From the UHGV virus genome UHGV-0277527: a DNA stretch of 22,536 bases. One strand, given 5' to 3'. Under the pieces are notes generated by a model, which saw nothing but the letters and a program-made list of their open reading frames with translations, was not told where the DNA came from and did not search any database. Positions 9,139 to 20,184 of this stretch are shown here, one piece after another. Positions within the stretch are counted from its first letter, which is position 1, and every line of letters begins with the position of its first letter. The stretch is from a virus. The position numbers were made by a program, and so were the translations under genes.

Positions 9139-10556
9139 TACTCAATCCTTATCTGGCAGCCAGACAGAGTGACAGGTGACTTCGTGATAACGCGCAATTT
9201 GAAGCCAACATTTTTCCTGATTCGCCCGACACGCTTCCACAAAACGCGTTTGTCGTAAACGAACGGTTCATTCTGCTCAATCATCTGCTCACGACCGTAA
9301 TTTATGCCGTCAGTGGTTGCAGAGAGAAAAAGGCGGTCAGCGTACTGAGCAACGCCAGTTGACGATTCAACCTCAAGGTCGAACACTCTGGCGTTATCCG
9401 CTTTGAACAGCGGAGTAAACAGAAGATGTTCCTGTTGCTTGTCGTACTGGCTGCTGATATCGAACTGCAGTTTCCCTGTTATCGATTCAAGCTTATCGCC
9501 GCACGTTATTTGGTTGACTTCGTAAATGAAGTCGATAGCGCGGTACGCATCGTCATACAGGCCTGTTTTCAACACACACCATTGCGGACCATTGGCGCTT
9601 GAAGATGCGTCGTACACGAGGACGTGACGCGGAAGATGGATAATCAGCAACTCATGAGCATCAAACCGCAACGATTCCATCACGCCATCAGCCAGTTCAT
9701 CAGCAGTGTAGGAGCGGAGGATTTTCTCAATGCTCGCACTGGCGATTGGTGACACCTGACCGGAGCCGATGATGTACACAGACGGCGCACCTGTTGCCGG
9801 ATTGCTGATGAACGCATATGAATCAGAGAATGGCGTTTTGCAGTAAGTCCCGGCAATGCCTTTCTGCACCATCAGCGATGGCTGGGCGACATACAAAGCA
9901 GCACCAACTGTGGTTGCACCAGTCAGGGAGAAATATTCAATCGTCGATGAACCAAAACAGACGATGAAATCTCGCCATGTACCTATGCCGATGATGCCGT
10001 CCGGCTGAGACTCGGCACGATATTGTGCACTGTAACGGTCAGGATGCGATTCGTCTTCAAGATCAGTGATAAACCATGAATCAGTACCGTCTTTTGACCA
10101 CGCATAACGCCCTCGTAAGCGAGTAATGTCGCGGACTGAGCCTAACTCATACTGCGTGAATCCGCTGTCTGTAGGCCAGTTTGAGACGGTTTTAACCGTG
10201 CCATCATAGCGATACTCGACCAGTTGACCATTAACACCTACCGCCTGTGATGTCCGACCATGAGCCATTGATACTCGACCACTTCCGGCAACATCACCGA
10301 CTTCACTTTCTCCTTTGTACAGCTTCCCACCACACACGCGATACACAGCATTCTGCGCCATGTTGTACTCAACGCCGCGAGATACACCGTTCACATCTGA
10401 ACGTTTGGCAATGCCCGGGAATGAGCGAAGATATCCGCTGCTGTTGAGGATTTCTTTGGGTGTGGCCAGCATATTCACTGGCAGATAGTCGATATAGTCG
10501 GCGTTTCGGAAGTCTTTTCCGACACCTTTCATAAGCGGAAGTTGCTGAATCGGCAT
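9138..10556 (-). CDS. 10: Tail accessory / head-completion protein gp10
   Basis: 472-aa ORF; same length and position as P22 gp10. Confidence 0.8.
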   Translation of the reverse strand: MPIQQLPLMKGVGKDFRNADYIDYLPVNMLATPKEILNSSGYLRSFPGIAKRSDVNGVSRGVEYNMAQNAVYRVCGGKLYKGESEVGDVAGSGRVSMAHGRTSQAVGVNGQLVEYRYDGTVKTVSNWPTDSGFTQYELGSVRDITRLRGRYAWSKDGTDSWFITDLEDESHPDRYSAQYRAESQPDGIIGIGTWRDFIVCFGSSTIEYFSLTGATTVGAALYVAQPSLMVQKGIAGTYCKTPFSDSYAFISNPATGAPSVYIIGSGQVSPIASASIEKILRSYTADELADGVMESLRFDAHELLIIHLPRHVLVYDASSSANGPQWCVLKTGLYDDAYRAIDFIYEVNQITCGDKLESITGKLQFDISSQYDKQQEHLLFTPLFKADNARVFDLEVESSTGVAQYADRLFLSATTDGINYGREQMIEQNEPFVYDKRVLWKRVGRIRKNVGFKLRVITKSPVTLSGCQIRIE

Positions 10557-11056
10557 TATTCGCTCCCGTTATCGCAAGGTTCCTTCCGGTGGAAGTAATT
10601 CCAACCATTCCACTTCGCCAACTGGTTACCGCTACCAACAGGCATACGGTTTGGATAACCGGACTTACATTTAGCGGCTTTTGCTCTGTCCATTGCAGAC
10701 AGTTTGACGAGTCGCTCTTTCCCGTATCTGGCAGTGGTTATAAGTTTTGCTGACGCTTCCAGCGCATAATCCGGAGCAATGCGGCAGGCAAGGTTGAAAA
10801 TGACGGCATTGATAGCGTTATTTGATAAACCGTGTTCATCGCCAGGATCTGGAGCGACATCTGCATCAGCGAAAATGTAGCCAACGTTGATACCTGGTGA
10901 CGCATCACCGCCAAGCCATTCAGCCATCATCATTTCAAGGTCGTTGACGCCATCTTCCATAGACTGCGGTTCGACATCGGTTAACGTGGCATTTGATGCC
11001 ACACCGAGCTTACGTAATGCCGCAAGAACTAAATCACCCTTCGTTGTCAGGTTCAT
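10556..11056 (-). CDS. 4: Tail accessory protein gp4
   Basis: Track ORF 10556-11119; the start is placed at the internal ATG at 11056 ([33 protein letters not shown]...), giving 166 aa, matching P22 gp4 as I recall it. Confidence 0.8.
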   Translation of the reverse strand: MNLTTKGDLVLAALRKLGVASNATLTDVEPQSMEDGVNDLEMMMAEWLGGDASPGINVGYIFADADVAPDPGDEHGLSNNAINAVIFNLACRIAPDYALEASAKLITTARYGKERLVKLSAMDRAKAAKCKSGYPNRMPVGSGNQLAKWNGWNYFHRKEPCDNGSE

Positions 11057-11258
11057 CTGCTGCCGCCTTAGGTTTTCGACCGGGCTTTTTACGCTGTTTT
11101 TCTTCTGGCTCTGCAACATCCTTCAAAAGGTCATCAGGATGTGAAAACCAGCCAGCATCCAGATATTCCTGAAGCTCTTCGGCTTTCACGATTTCAAAGT
11201 CGTAGCCAACGCCTTTCCACTTCTTCATGTCGCCATGACGAAAGATCATGTGTGTCAT
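11034..11258 (-). CDS. Small hypothetical protein between the coat gene and gene 4 (74 aa, acidic/lysine-rich C-terminus)
   Basis: Track ORF 11034-11306 begins at a GTG inside the terminator. The plausible start is the ATG at 11258 ([16 protein letters not shown]...), preceded by GGAGA. Overlaps the gene 4 start by 23 nt. Confidence 0.4.
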   Translation of the reverse strand: MTHMIFRHGDMKKWKGVGYDFEIVKAEELQEYLDAGWFSHPDDLLKDVAEPEEKQRKKPGRKPKAAADEPDNEG

Positions 11259-11273
11259 GCTTGTCTCCAGATA

Positions 11274-11295
11274 AAAAAGGGAGCCGAAGCTCCCT
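11274..11295 (-). terminator. Intra-operon rho-independent terminator or attenuator just downstream of the coat gene
   Basis: Minus strand reads GGGAGC-TTCG-GCTCCC followed by TTTTTT, starting a few nt after the coat stop. Coordinates are approximate to within 1-2 nt. Confidence 0.5.
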
Positions 11296-11302
11296 CTGGT
11301 TA

Positions 11303-12598
11303 TCACGCAGTCTGGTTAGGCAGACCAACACCAATTGCCTCTGGTCGTACAGCACATGCTGAATACCACACAGCAATACGGCACTTACCAGACAGAGTGT
11401 TGATATCACCCTGCGTTGCGAAGATGCCGTTAACACCAATACCAGGAATGCTGAAGGAAGAAGTTTTCATGCCAGCAAACAGTTCATGAGTTACCGGGAT
11501 CGGCTGAGACAGCAGACGGATTGAGTCATCAGCCCAGAACACGTTAGCGGTGGTTGTTGCCACGTTCAGAACATTTACCGGAGTGGTATCAGCAAGAGAG
11601 GTGTTTACGTTAGCGTAAGCCTTCTCTTCTTTTGTCAGTGACGCGTCATCCAGTGCAATCGGTTTCGGCGTGATTTCGAGGTGAGTACCATCGATCACAC
11701 GGGTGATTGAGAAAGTAGCATCATCAGTCAGCACGTTCTTCGCCATCTGAGACAGGAATTTCACACCAGTGAAGCTGATTTTGTCGCCGCGCTTAAATCC
11801 GGTGGTGGAGGATACGGTTACCGTTGCAACACGGTTGTCGACGTTCTCTTTGTTACCATCGGTATCAAGAGTGTATGCCTGCGGCTTAAACTTCTGCGCA
11901 CCAGAAACAGTTACACCAGTAGCGGTTGACTTGGTAACTGCCGGAAGTTTCGGTGAGCGAAGAATTTCATCAAAGCCAGCAATCTGACGCTGAATAGTAC
12001 CGTTGCGATACGCTTCTTCAGGAACGCGACCGAAGATGTCACCATCTACCAGGTTGCGGCCGGCTTTGCGGTAATCGTCAGGGTTCAGGAAGTAACTGAT
12101 GCCCATATCGCGGTTTAGCTCACGGGAGAACATCAGGCGCTCTGCATCAGACACAAAATCCCAGCCAGACAGGCCAGTAGATGGACCAATTGCGCGGGTA
12201 TCGTGAACAACAAGCGAGCCCATTTCAGTTGCCTGTTTGGCAATTGCTGACTCAATGTTATTCGCCAGTTTTTTGGCGGATGCCTGGATGCGGCGACGGA
12301 AAGAACGCTCATCACGCAGGTCATCTGCACGAAGCTCGAAGAAATCGTTATCCGGATCGCCCATGTTGCATTTCACGGAGAGTTCCAGAATCCCGGTTGC
12401 GTTGCCAGTTAAATCCCAGCCAGTCTGGGTTGGCGCTTCCTGCTCAACAGGCATCCACACGGTGTTGCTTGAACGCTGCATGGATTCTGCCGGAGGGGTG
12501 TATTTTGTCACTTTGGACGCCATTGGCGTCAGGTTCTGGAGGGTTTCGATGATTTCATCCAGAGCATACGTGACCATTTGACCTTCATTTAATGCCAT
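11303..12598 (-). CDS. 5: Major coat protein gp5
   Basis: 431-aa [33 protein letters not shown]...[10 protein letters not shown]; clear match to P22 coat protein as I recall it. Confidence 0.9.
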   Translation of the reverse strand: MALNEGQMVTYALDEIIETLQNLTPMASKVTKYTPPAESMQRSSNTVWMPVEQEAPTQTGWDLTGNATGILELSVKCNMGDPDNDFFELRADDLRDERSFRRRIQASAKKLANNIESAIAKQATEMGSLVVHDTRAIGPSTGLSGWDFVSDAERLMFSRELNRDMGISYFLNPDDYRKAGRNLVDGDIFGRVPEEAYRNGTIQRQIAGFDEILRSPKLPAVTKSTATGVTVSGAQKFKPQAYTLDTDGNKENVDNRVATVTVSSTTGFKRGDKISFTGVKFLSQMAKNVLTDDATFSITRVIDGTHLEITPKPIALDDASLTKEEKAYANVNTSLADTTPVNVLNVATTTANVFWADDSIRLLSQPIPVTHELFAGMKTSSFSIPGIGVNGIFATQGDINTLSGKCRIAVWYSACAVRPEAIGVGLPNQTA

Positions 12599-13509
12599 TA
12601 TCGAATTCCTTTATTCAGTTGCGCCTTGAGCTTGCGGTATGTCTCTACATCCCCTTTGTTTGCTGCCGCTTCCATCTGCTTTTCAATCGCAGATATATTT
12701 GCAGCAACAGCGTGTCCCTGAATGGGTTCATCAGGTAGCGGGGCTTCTGAAACAGGTTTGGCTCGAGGCTTGAGAGTTAAACGTTCTGACAGTCGAGTGA
12801 GTTCAATCAGCGCGGATTGCCCGTCCATCGCCAGCAACTGGCGTGTTTTCTCAGGATTAGCACCAAGGTGATACATGAGAGCAGCGGATTTCTCCGGGAA
12901 GAGGCGCATGATGTCGGCACCGACTGCTGGCGGCACCAGTTGCATGAATGCATCCTCTTTCTCCTGATAGTCAGGGATGTTGAGCTTTTCCGCTGCGTCG
13001 TAGTGCTTACGGGCTGCCTCGACGTATTGCGCTGATTGCTGGGTGAACTCCTGAGTTTTTCGCCCCTGCTCGGCGACAGCCTGGCTTCGTGCGTCCATAG
13101 CCTTGATCTGCCATTCACTGTTTGCCTGCTGGAAGGCAGCCAGTGCGCGGCTCTGGTCATAGTCGTACTTAGCCAGTGCGTCTTCGGAAAGATAATCGTT
13201 AGGGTCTGGTTGTTTTGGTAACTCAGGGTTCACCCGCAGGTGCTCCGGCAATTCTCCACGCTTAACCGCTTCCATCTGCTGCTCAAGCTCACGCTGGCGT
13301 TTGCGTTCGATGCGGCGACGGGCAAATTCAGCATTAGTTGCCGGGTCTTGTTTTGGTTTCTCATCGTCTTTCAGGACAATCTCGAAGCCTTCTTCCTGAC
13401 CTGCGTTGTCGTTGGCATTATCGACAACTAAGCCATCAGCAGATGCCGCTGCATGATTGCCGGGCAGGGTTAATTCTTCAGAAGCCTGAATGTCGGTGGT
13501 TTGGTCCAT
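12598..13509 (-). CDS. 8: Scaffolding protein gp8
   Basis: 303-aa ORF; the N-terminus (...[21 protein letters not shown]...) and C-terminus (...[14 protein letters not shown]...) match P22 gp8, and the length is the same. Confidence 0.9.
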   Translation of the reverse strand: MDQTTDIQASEELTLPGNHAAASADGLVVDNANDNAGQEEGFEIVLKDDEKPKQDPATNAEFARRRIERKRQRELEQQMEAVKRGELPEHLRVNPELPKQPDPNDYLSEDALAKYDYDQSRALAAFQQANSEWQIKAMDARSQAVAEQGRKTQEFTQQSAQYVEAARKHYDAAEKLNIPDYQEKEDAFMQLVPPAVGADIMRLFPEKSAALMYHLGANPEKTRQLLAMDGQSALIELTRLSERLTLKPRAKPVSEAPLPDEPIQGHAVAANISAIEKQMEAAANKGDVETYRKLKAQLNKGIR

Positions 13510-13522
13510 GATTAACTCTCTC

Positions 13523-15688
13523 TTATTGAGGTGTCTCGGCTACTCCGCCGGAGGGGATTTGAACTTGACGCATAAGATTCGCGAAATCCATGCGTTGTGA
13601 ATGAGTCTGGTCTGCATCTTTAAGAAGCAGCTCAGCGTTAGCACGAGCATCTTTGCTGCGCTGTTGCTGGAATTGACCTACGAGCTTGAGGTACTCACGC
13701 AGTTCTGCCTGCTTGTCGAGGTCCATATTGTTGAAGATTTCCGCAATCTTCGCGGCGTTGAGTTGGTTTTGTGCTTCAACCTTGGCAGCTTCAACCTGAA
13801 TCTGCGCCTGTTGGTTCTCTGCCTTGAGCAATTCAGCCTGACCTTGCAGAAGGATACCCTGCGCCTGAATTTGCTCTGCTGATGGCTGCTGCGGCTGCTG
13901 TTGAGCCTGCTGTACCATCTCCATCTCTTCAGGTGTTTCTGGTTTCTTCAGCCCCATCATCACCAGTTGCTTGTTCGCGTACTCTCGCATCATCTCGACG
14001 CCTTTACCGTCAAGCAGCGTGAAGTATTGCAGCATCAGCATCTGGAACTCTGGAGTACCTTGTGGAACCTTGGTGAGTAACTCCTGAATCTCTGCGCGGT
14101 TCTGTTCCTTCATACTCTGGAAGGATGGTCCAACATCTGTATAGCACTCATAGCGACCGCGAATGTCGTTGAGTGTGACCACATTGCCGGACTGGTAATC
14201 TACAACTTGCGCGTAGAGTTGAACGTCTTTCTCGCTTCCGTCTTCAAGAGTCAGCGTTACATGGCGAGGAACGTCATAAATATCATTGACCATTGAGGCA
14301 TAAATCTCGCCATCACGTCGCATTGCGGTAGCCAGGTTATCCTGAAACACGTATGTCTCAAGGTCTGCCCGCATGTTCAGTTGATTGACGGTATCGAAAG
14401 CGACCTGACCATTTGCCGCCTGCGCATCCACGCCAAGACTAGCCACCTCTTTCACTGCGTTGGTGGCAGCCTCAAGCATGTAAGCGTTGGCTTGCGGCAC
14501 TTCAGGGTTTTCCATGTAGGAGATTGGACCAATCGGCAGGTCATTACCGTTTTCATCGGTCTTGTTCTGCAAATAGTACGGATAGTCATCATTTCCACCG
14601 TACATGTATTCGTAGCCTTCGATTTGCTCAGGAAAGAAGGTCGGTTTCTTCTTCGGTGAACGAGCAACAATATCGGCGTTGAACGACATGATCATGTTAC
14701 GAAGGCGTTGACCGTCTTTCGTCAGCCTTACCACTCCTTCGTAGCACTCCTTGTCACCAGCGAATGACCATTCGCCGTACACAGGAACGATTGGAATATG
14801 CTCTCCGGCTATCTTCTCGCGGTCTTTCAGTATCTGCGTGCAGGTGATGATCGACTTATACACACGCCGACGCTTCACCTTACGCTCTGCTACCTTAATG
14901 AATCCACGATTAGCCAGGTCGTCGATGACGTCTTTGATATCCTGCTGGTAATAGCTGACCGGCTCACCTGTCAGCGGGTCGCGGTAGATGAATACTTTCT
15001 CTTTCTTCTCTTCGACCTCGTAATACTCAGCGACGTAGACGACATCATTCGATACCCACGGAAACAGCCATGTATCGTTCGGATTCTGGAAAGATGGCAA
15101 GGTGTCAGGATCAATACCGTAATCCTCTGCGAACTCTTTCCAGCCATTGCGTGACAAAGCGTTAATCACCGTGCAGTGCTTAGCGTCGCTCTTATCCATC
15201 TGCTTGCTGTTGGCGTCCCATATGACGTGTGAGCAGGCTTCATGGATTGGCAGGCGTCGGATTACCTGATTGTTGCTTGTTGGGTCGTTGTCTTCGTACT
15301 GGGTAACCAGACGCCATGCACCAACGCCGGACTCTATCTGCTCACGAACGCCAACGTTAACGGCAATCTTTGCCGTGTTATGGCGCATATCAGTACGATA
15401 CATTCCCATCAACACATCGGCAGCATCAGGATTAGCGCCGTCTTTGGGTCGGAAGAGAACGTCGATAGGGTTCCGGCGCATCTCTGCGACCAGTTTCCTG
15501 ACCACCGGGCGAACAACATCGAATTGTCCGCGATATTGCAGGGTGGTGTAGTTTGATAGCCAGTCATCCCATTGCGACACTCGGCTAAAATACAGGTCAT
15601 TTGTCGCCTCGGTTCTGGCTTCATCGCTCGCCATCCAGTCTGCGTCAAACTTACACAGAATGGAATTGAGTCTGTTTTCGTCGGCCAT
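13523..15688 (-). CDS. 1: Portal protein gp1
   Basis: 721-aa [48 protein letters not shown]...; matches the P22 portal along its length as I recall it. Confidence 0.9.
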   Translation of the reverse strand: MADENRLNSILCKFDADWMASDEARTEATNDLYFSRVSQWDDWLSNYTTLQYRGQFDVVRPVVRKLVAEMRRNPIDVLFRPKDGANPDAADVLMGMYRTDMRHNTAKIAVNVGVREQIESGVGAWRLVTQYEDNDPTSNNQVIRRLPIHEACSHVIWDANSKQMDKSDAKHCTVINALSRNGWKEFAEDYGIDPDTLPSFQNPNDTWLFPWVSNDVVYVAEYYEVEEKKEKVFIYRDPLTGEPVSYYQQDIKDVIDDLANRGFIKVAERKVKRRRVYKSIITCTQILKDREKIAGEHIPIVPVYGEWSFAGDKECYEGVVRLTKDGQRLRNMIMSFNADIVARSPKKKPTFFPEQIEGYEYMYGGNDDYPYYLQNKTDENGNDLPIGPISYMENPEVPQANAYMLEAATNAVKEVASLGVDAQAANGQVAFDTVNQLNMRADLETYVFQDNLATAMRRDGEIYASMVNDIYDVPRHVTLTLEDGSEKDVQLYAQVVDYQSGNVVTLNDIRGRYECYTDVGPSFQSMKEQNRAEIQELLTKVPQGTPEFQMLMLQYFTLLDGKGVEMMREYANKQLVMMGLKKPETPEEMEMVQQAQQQPQQPSAEQIQAQGILLQGQAELLKAENQQAQIQVEAAKVEAQNQLNAAKIAEIFNNMDLDKQAELREYLKLVGQFQQQRSKDARANAELLLKDADQTHSQRMDFANLMRQVQIPSGGVAETPQ

Positions 15689-17188
15689 TTAAGTTCTCCG
15701 TGCGATGGGCCTGATTGGGGCTGGTATCTTTTTCTCTTTTGGTTTTTTGATGTCGCGCATCATTTTGGCGAAGCGTCGCATCATGTATGCATAGCGAACG
15801 GCTGATAGCACGTCGTCGTTAAGCTTGACGATCTTCCCGTTTTCATCACGGTGATAGAGGCGGAACTCTTCAAAAAATGGCTCACAGGTGTTGAATACTT
15901 TGAAGCGACCATCGAGCATCATGTCGCGCAATTCAGTGATGCCAGGCTCAACAGCATTACCGCCATCAGGCCATGTCGCATGCTCCTGCAACATCATAAA
16001 ACCAGCGTCCGCGTACTGCCCTTTAAGCTGCTCACCGCCGCCCTTCTCGTGCTGGTTTCCGTCATGAGGCCATGCGGTTGGCACTTTATGCGCCCATGAT
16101 TTAACAGCTCCCCACGCCTGAACGGCTGTTTTTTCTTTCGCCTTCCACACGCGTGAAACGTAGATTGTGTCTGCGTCCTTATCCCACCAAAGCTGAACCT
16201 GCGCCTGTGGGTGATCCCATCCAAAATCCATCCCGCCAATTACGTAGAAGTGATCAGGACACTCGAACGGCTGACACTTAATCGTCTCTTCCGGTATCTG
16301 GAAGATTCGACCGCTACCCATCGTAGGAATACCGCGAGCACGCGCCTCTCTCTCATGCTCAGGATAAGATGCGATGATTTGCTCTTTCTGTTCTTCTGTG
16401 TAGTGCTCAGCGTCGTAGATGGTCATGTTGACCACTTTCTGCGACTTGCTTGGATTCTTCAGGAATTTGGTAACAACGTCAGACATCCCCATCAGCGGGG
16501 TAAACGTCAGAATTGAGAATTGCCCGTATTTGTTGGTACGGGTAAGACCTTCGCCATAAATGCTGTATGGTGGCTCTTCGTCAAACCACACGCCGTGGAT
16601 TGTGTCACCCTGCCAGCGAGCACGGCCTTGCGAGTATGGTTTGAAGTAGCAGATTGAAATGCCATCTTCAACGCCATCAGCCGTGTGATGCTTAACCAGA
16701 AGGTGATCAACAAGGTTCGGAAAGAAAGGAGACTTCTTCCAGCTAATGATGTCTTCTTTCGGTATGGAACCGTAGCCAGGCTCATCATTCTCTTCGATAC
16801 GACCGCACAGGATGCGTTGAGTCGTTTTGGTTACAGTCTCGTTTGTCTCGCCGCCAATCCAGAAGACAACAGGCTCATAGAAACGCTTACCTTTCCACTC
16901 ACCGCCATATTTACCATCAACAGGATAGCCTTTTGTGCCCGGATAACGCCCGGTAAGGTGAAACGCGACTTCAGCAGCACCAGTAAATGACTTACCAAGC
17001 TGGTTACCAGCCATAAAACATCGCTCTGGATAGTCATGTCCGGCGTCGATGAACTCACGCTGTTTGCTGTATGGCGTAAATTCATATAGCAGGTGTGTGT
17101 TACGGTAGTTCTCTTCTTCTTCGAGTAGCTCGAGCAATTCGATTTGCTCTTCGTCGCTCAAGTTATCAAGAATCGCGTCCAGTTCCAC
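15689..17188 (-). CDS. 2: Terminase large subunit gp2
   Basis: 499-aa ORF with a Walker A-like motif ([11 protein letters not shown]); same size as P22 gp2; overlaps the terminase small subunit gene by about 23 nt. Confidence 0.9.
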   Translation of the reverse strand: MELDAILDNLSDEEQIELLELLEEEENYRNTHLLYEFTPYSKQREFIDAGHDYPERCFMAGNQLGKSFTGAAEVAFHLTGRYPGTKGYPVDGKYGGEWKGKRFYEPVVFWIGGETNETVTKTTQRILCGRIEENDEPGYGSIPKEDIISWKKSPFFPNLVDHLLVKHHTADGVEDGISICYFKPYSQGRARWQGDTIHGVWFDEEPPYSIYGEGLTRTNKYGQFSILTFTPLMGMSDVVTKFLKNPSKSQKVVNMTIYDAEHYTEEQKEQIIASYPEHEREARARGIPTMGSGRIFQIPEETIKCQPFECPDHFYVIGGMDFGWDHPQAQVQLWWDKDADTIYVSRVWKAKEKTAVQAWGAVKSWAHKVPTAWPHDGNQHEKGGGEQLKGQYADAGFMMLQEHATWPDGGNAVEPGITELRDMMLDGRFKVFNTCEPFFEEFRLYHRDENGKIVKLNDDVLSAVRYAYMMRRFAKMMRDIKKPKEKKIPAPIRPIARRT

Positions 17189-17654
17189 GGTTGAATAGCT
17201 CCTTGATACGAGAGCGCCGCTTATCGCGATCTCCCTTATCAGGTGTCACGTCTTCAACTTGCGACTGCTCTTTGAGGCCCAAATCACGGGCGATGATGTT
17301 AGCGTTGAGAAGGTCAGCGGCTGCGCCAGAGAATTTCTGGTCGTAGATGACCTGTTCTGCTCGCGTAACGACTTCAGATAAATCTTCTCGCAGGCGATAT
17401 GTGCGCCATGTTTCAAGCGTCACATCAATGAACAGAGTGAGGCCGGTAATGGTCATCGCTCGCATCTTGGCGATAGGCTCTTGTATCACTTCACCCTGAT
17501 ACGAGAACGCCTTCATCTCCCATAGCGGGTTAGCTTCCACCCACTCGAAGTATTCACAACAAGCAGCCCACAGCGCCTCAGGCGATTCGAATTTAGGATT
17601 TCGCCCATGACTACTGCGGGCCTCCCAAAATCGGTTGCCCTTTGGTGCTGCCAT
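17166..17654 (-). CDS. 3: Terminase small subunit gp3
   Basis: Track ORF 17166-17660 ([52 protein letters not shown]...); matches P22 gp3, which I recall as starting MAAPKGN. Start is either 17654 or 17660. Confidence 0.9.
   Translation of the reverse strand: MAAPKGNRFWEARSSHGRNPKFESPEALWAACCEYFEWVEANPLWEMKAFSYQGEVIQEPIAKMRAMTITGLTLFIDVTLETWRTYRLREDLSEVVTRAEQVIYDQKFSGAAADLLNANIIARDLGLKEQSQVEDVTPDKGDRDKRRSRIKELFNRGTGRDS
17360..17387 (-). other. pac-like packaging initiation site inside gene 3
   Basis: The minus strand reads GAAGATTTATCTGAAGTCGTTACGCGAG (encoding ...[10 protein letters not shown]...). The P22 pac site lies at this position in gene 3 with a very similar sequence as I recall it. 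Confidence 0.55.
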
Positions 17655-17858
17655 ATTCATCTCACTTAGTTGTTATTTCAGGCTGAGGACTCTTTCGCGC
17701 CTTCAATCAGTGACTGCTTCAGCAATTCGAGTGTGCCAATCGCCTCGCATAAACTGATTTCACCATCGTAATCATGAATGACGCTTTCCAGCCGCTCGTA
17801 TAGCTCTTGAGTAATTGGGAATTTCTTCTCCTTACCCAAATTGATTACGCGGCTCACA

Positions 17859-18101
17859 TCATGCTCCGGTAGTGAACAGGTCTAACGCTTCCTTCGATTT
17901 ACGCACCGCTTCAAATGTGCGGATCGTGATATCCGAATTAGCGCCGCCTGACTGGAAGTGAATTTTGAATAGCTCAAGCTTCAGCTCGTCAGTGCCAATG
18001 AACTGAAATGCTTCCTCTGCAGCTGCGTTCTGGTTCATTACCAGCTTGTAAATCTCTAACTGGAATTTCTGTTCTTCAGTCATGGGAATAATCTCTGCCA
18101 T
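17859..18101 (-). CDS. Hypothetical protein (80 aa), conserved-position small ORF upstream of the terminase genes
   Basis: 80-aa ORF MAEIIPMTEEQKFQLEIYKLVMNQNAAAEEAF..., with an SD-like sequence upstream. Function unknown. Confidence 0.55.
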   Translation of the reverse strand: MAEIIPMTEEQKFQLEIYKLVMNQNAAAEEAFQFIGTDELKLELFKIHFQSGGANSDITIRTFEAVRKSKEALDLFTTGA

Positions 18102-18328
18102 TGTTGGCTCCGTTTATCCGTTAAAAGGGATATCAGTTAAGTTATCCCGTGCAGGGTATAAGCCATTGTCGAGACCACTCATTGAATGGCCTCTGCAATA
18201 ACCGATGTCTTTCCATCAGTCCGCCACCACAAAGAATCTTTTTTGCCATAAGGCTGGAGGTTCATCTTTCAGTGGCTGCCAGTGTTATTTCCCCACTTAC
18301 TGGCTTGGGTTGTTTCGCGGTGCTGCCG

Positions 18329-18871
18329 TTAATTGATGAGCCCGGGGATTACGGTTTGCCCGTGCTGTTCAAGGCGTTCAATTCTAGCCATCAGCTGTGG
18401 CTTCTTAATTTTGCCCCAGCGATTTAGCAGGCGACCTGACATGCTGGCAACATCCTTCTCTTTCATGTACTCCAGCATTACGGCATTTCTCTCTTCTTCA
18501 AATTGACGATGACCAACCTGAAGCATGGCGTACATCCAGTTGAATGCGTTGATGTAAGCAATTTTGATACGCATTGCTTCTTTTTTGGTGTAGGACATAA
18601 CCAAAAGCATCAACCCATCCTTGCGGAGACGGTAGAATTTTTGCGGCTTACCATTCTGTAACTCATTGTTTTTATAGCAAAGCTCAAAGTTGAGCTTTGT
18701 ATCAAACTCAGGAGGGCAAGCTTCTATGGTTCGTTCAATGTCACGAACTACGTTCTTCGGCAGCTTTCCAAATGCTTTTGCCACCATAAAAGAATCTGTA
18801 ACCGGATCGTTGTTTGCTACAAAAATTAGGTCTCTGAAATCTATATCGTTAACAACGGTTGGGTAGTTCAT
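18329..18871 (-). CDS. rha: Rha-family phage regulatory protein (antirepressor-like)
   Basis: Track ORF 18329-18940. N-terminal region MNYPTVVNDIDFRDLIFVANNDPVTDSFMVAKAFGKLPKNVVRDIERT resembles the Phage_pRha domain. Start is either 18871 (preferred) or 18940. Confidence 0.65.
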   Translation of the reverse strand: MNYPTVVNDIDFRDLIFVANNDPVTDSFMVAKAFGKLPKNVVRDIERTIEACPPEFDTKLNFELCYKNNELQNGKPQKFYRLRKDGLMLLVMSYTKKEAMRIKIAYINAFNWMYAMLQVGHRQFEEERNAVMLEYMKEKDVASMSGRLLNRWGKIKKPQLMARIERLEQHGQTVIPGLIN

Positions 18872-19017
18872 TGCGTCTTTACCTTTTAGAAAGATGAGCC
18901 TGTTCGCACAGAAAAGCCGCCCCGAGATGGTCGCCACCATATACGGCAGTTCTCAGGCTCAGCTTTCTGAAAGACTCGGGATTGTTACGCGCTGCGATGC
19001 GCGGTTTACTGCAGATG

Positions 19018-19041
19018 TAAAAAAGCCCCGCAAATGCGAGG
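19018..19041 (-). terminator. Candidate terminator downstream of the lysis cassette
   Basis: Minus strand reads GCCTCGC-ATTT-GCGGGGC (one mismatch in the stem) followed by TTTTTT, about 175 nt past the Rz stop. Confidence 0.4.
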
Positions 19042-19216
19042 CTAAATCATGGTATTTGTAATGACTGGCTCTTATCTCAACGCAGCCCCTTACCGCGCGC
19101 CATATGCTCAACTTCAAGCATCAGCAATGAGATGTTTAATCTGGATTGGCTCCAGAAGTGATCACCACCCTGTCTACAGAGCCAGATGTGAAGGATGATG
19201 AGTAAAATTATCGCTA

Positions 19217-19684
19217 TCATCGAAGGCATTGCGTCCTGATGTATTCCTGAAGCGTTCTCAGTGCTGTTTGGTCGCGGATAATTCCGTCCCGGACACCGAG
19301 AACGTTTCGTCCAGCAACTGGAGAGAGTTCGACGGTGGCATCATTGCCCATGCCGGAGGCGCCGGAGGTTTCGGCTGAGGATGGCACAGGGCATTTTCCT
19401 TTGACGAGCACCCTGCCACCATTATCAAGCTTGCGCCGAAGAGCATCATTTTCAGCTTTCGCATCAGCTAACTCCTTCGTGTATTTAGCATCGAGTGCAT
19501 CAGCAGCACGCTGGCGTTGCTGCATGTCAGTAATGGTAGCGGTCGCCTGCTTCAGCTCACTGACTTTTTTATCTCGCTGTTCTTTGTAGGCGATGGCGTT
19601 ATCACGGTAGTGATTAACAGCCCATGACAGGCAAACGATGATGCAGATAACCAGAGCGGAGATAATCGCGGTTACTCTGCTCAT
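19217..19684 (-). CDS. Rz: Inner-membrane spanin Rz (i-spanin)
   Basis: Track ORF 19217-19696; the start is placed at the ATG at 19684, which overlaps the endolysin stop (ATGA). The N-terminal two-thirds ([31 protein letters not shown]...[16 protein letters not shown]) matches lambda Rz as I recall it; the C-terminal third diverges. Confidence 0.85.
   Translation of the reverse strand: MSRVTAIISALVICIIVCLSWAVNHYRDNAIAYKEQRDKKVSELKQATATITDMQQRQRAADALDAKYTKELADAKAENDALRRKLDNGGRVLVKGKCPVPSSAETSGASGMGNDATVELSPVAGRNVLGVRDGIIRDQTALRTLQEYIRTQCLR
19258..19464 (-). CDS. Rz1: Outer-membrane lipoprotein spanin Rz1 (o-spanin), embedded out of frame inside Rz
   Basis: [21 protein letters not shown]... 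has a lipobox (MVAG|C) and a proline-rich region ([11 protein letters not shown]), as in lambda Rz1. Lies entirely within Rz in a different frame. Confidence 0.75.
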   Translation of the reverse strand: MRKLKMMLFGASLIMVAGCSSKENALCHPQPKPPAPPAWAMMPPSNSLQLLDETFSVSGTELSATKQH

Positions 19685-20184
19685 TGTTGCCCCCACAAAC
19701 AGACTTCACGCTCAATCTCACGGCGAGTCATCAGCCCTTTCCATTGCTTACCGCCAGCGTATGTCCAGCGACGTAGCTGGTCACATGCGCCATTGATATC
19801 GCCCTGGTTGATTTTGCGAAGAAGCGTCGATGTTCTGAAATTGCCTGCGCCCACGTTATAGACGAACGAATAAAGAGCGCCGCGCGTTGTTTCCGGTATA
19901 TCGACTTTGATGTACGGGTTAATTTGTCTGGCGACAGTGGCAAGGTCTTTATTCAAGAGTGCTTTGCATTCTGCTTCGGTATACGTTTTACCGAGCATGA
20001 TGTCTTTTCCGGTGTGTCCGTGACATACAGTCCATACACCAACAATATCTTTGTATGGTATGTAGCTAACACCTTCCAGACCATCGTTACCACTTGGTCC
20101 AGTGATTAACACAGATGCTATAGCAATAGCCCCGCCACTTATCGCCGCTATTACGCTATTTCGTAGTGCCGGTGACATTGCCAT
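19681..20184 (-). CDS. R: SAR endolysin (T4-lysozyme-like family, phage 21 R / DLP12 RrrD type)
   Basis: 167-aa ORF. N-terminal signal-anchor-release-type segment ([17 protein letters not shown]) followed by ...[31 protein letters not shown]...; near-identical to the phage 21 endolysin as I recall it. Confidence 0.85.
   Translation of the reverse strand: MAMSPALRNSVIAAISGGAIAIASVLITGPSGNDGLEGVSYIPYKDIVGVWTVCHGHTGKDIMLGKTYTEAECKALLNKDLATVARQINPYIKVDIPETTRGALYSFVYNVGAGNFRTSTLLRKINQGDINGACDQLRRWTYAGGKQWKGLMTRREIEREVCLWGQQ

Noticed and set aside
12807-13160. 117-aa minus-strand ORF, with plus-strand ORFs at 12817-13035, 13036-13221 and 13240-13431
   Set aside because: All are nested within the scaffolding protein gene in other frames or on the other strand. 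The scaffold homology explains the region.
14381-15556. Several 70-120 aa ORFs on both strands (14381-14659, 14452-14670, 14751-14951, 14798-15154, 15242-15556, 15270-15551, 15409-15648)
   Set aside because: All lie inside the portal gene, which is accounted for by full-length similarity to P22 gp1. No independent signals.
18149-18427. 92-aa plus-strand ORF spanning the 80-aa-ORF/Rha intergenic region
   Set aside because: It overlaps the Rha 3' end in antisense, has no SD and encodes a low-complexity product. The intergenic region more likely holds regulatory sequence.
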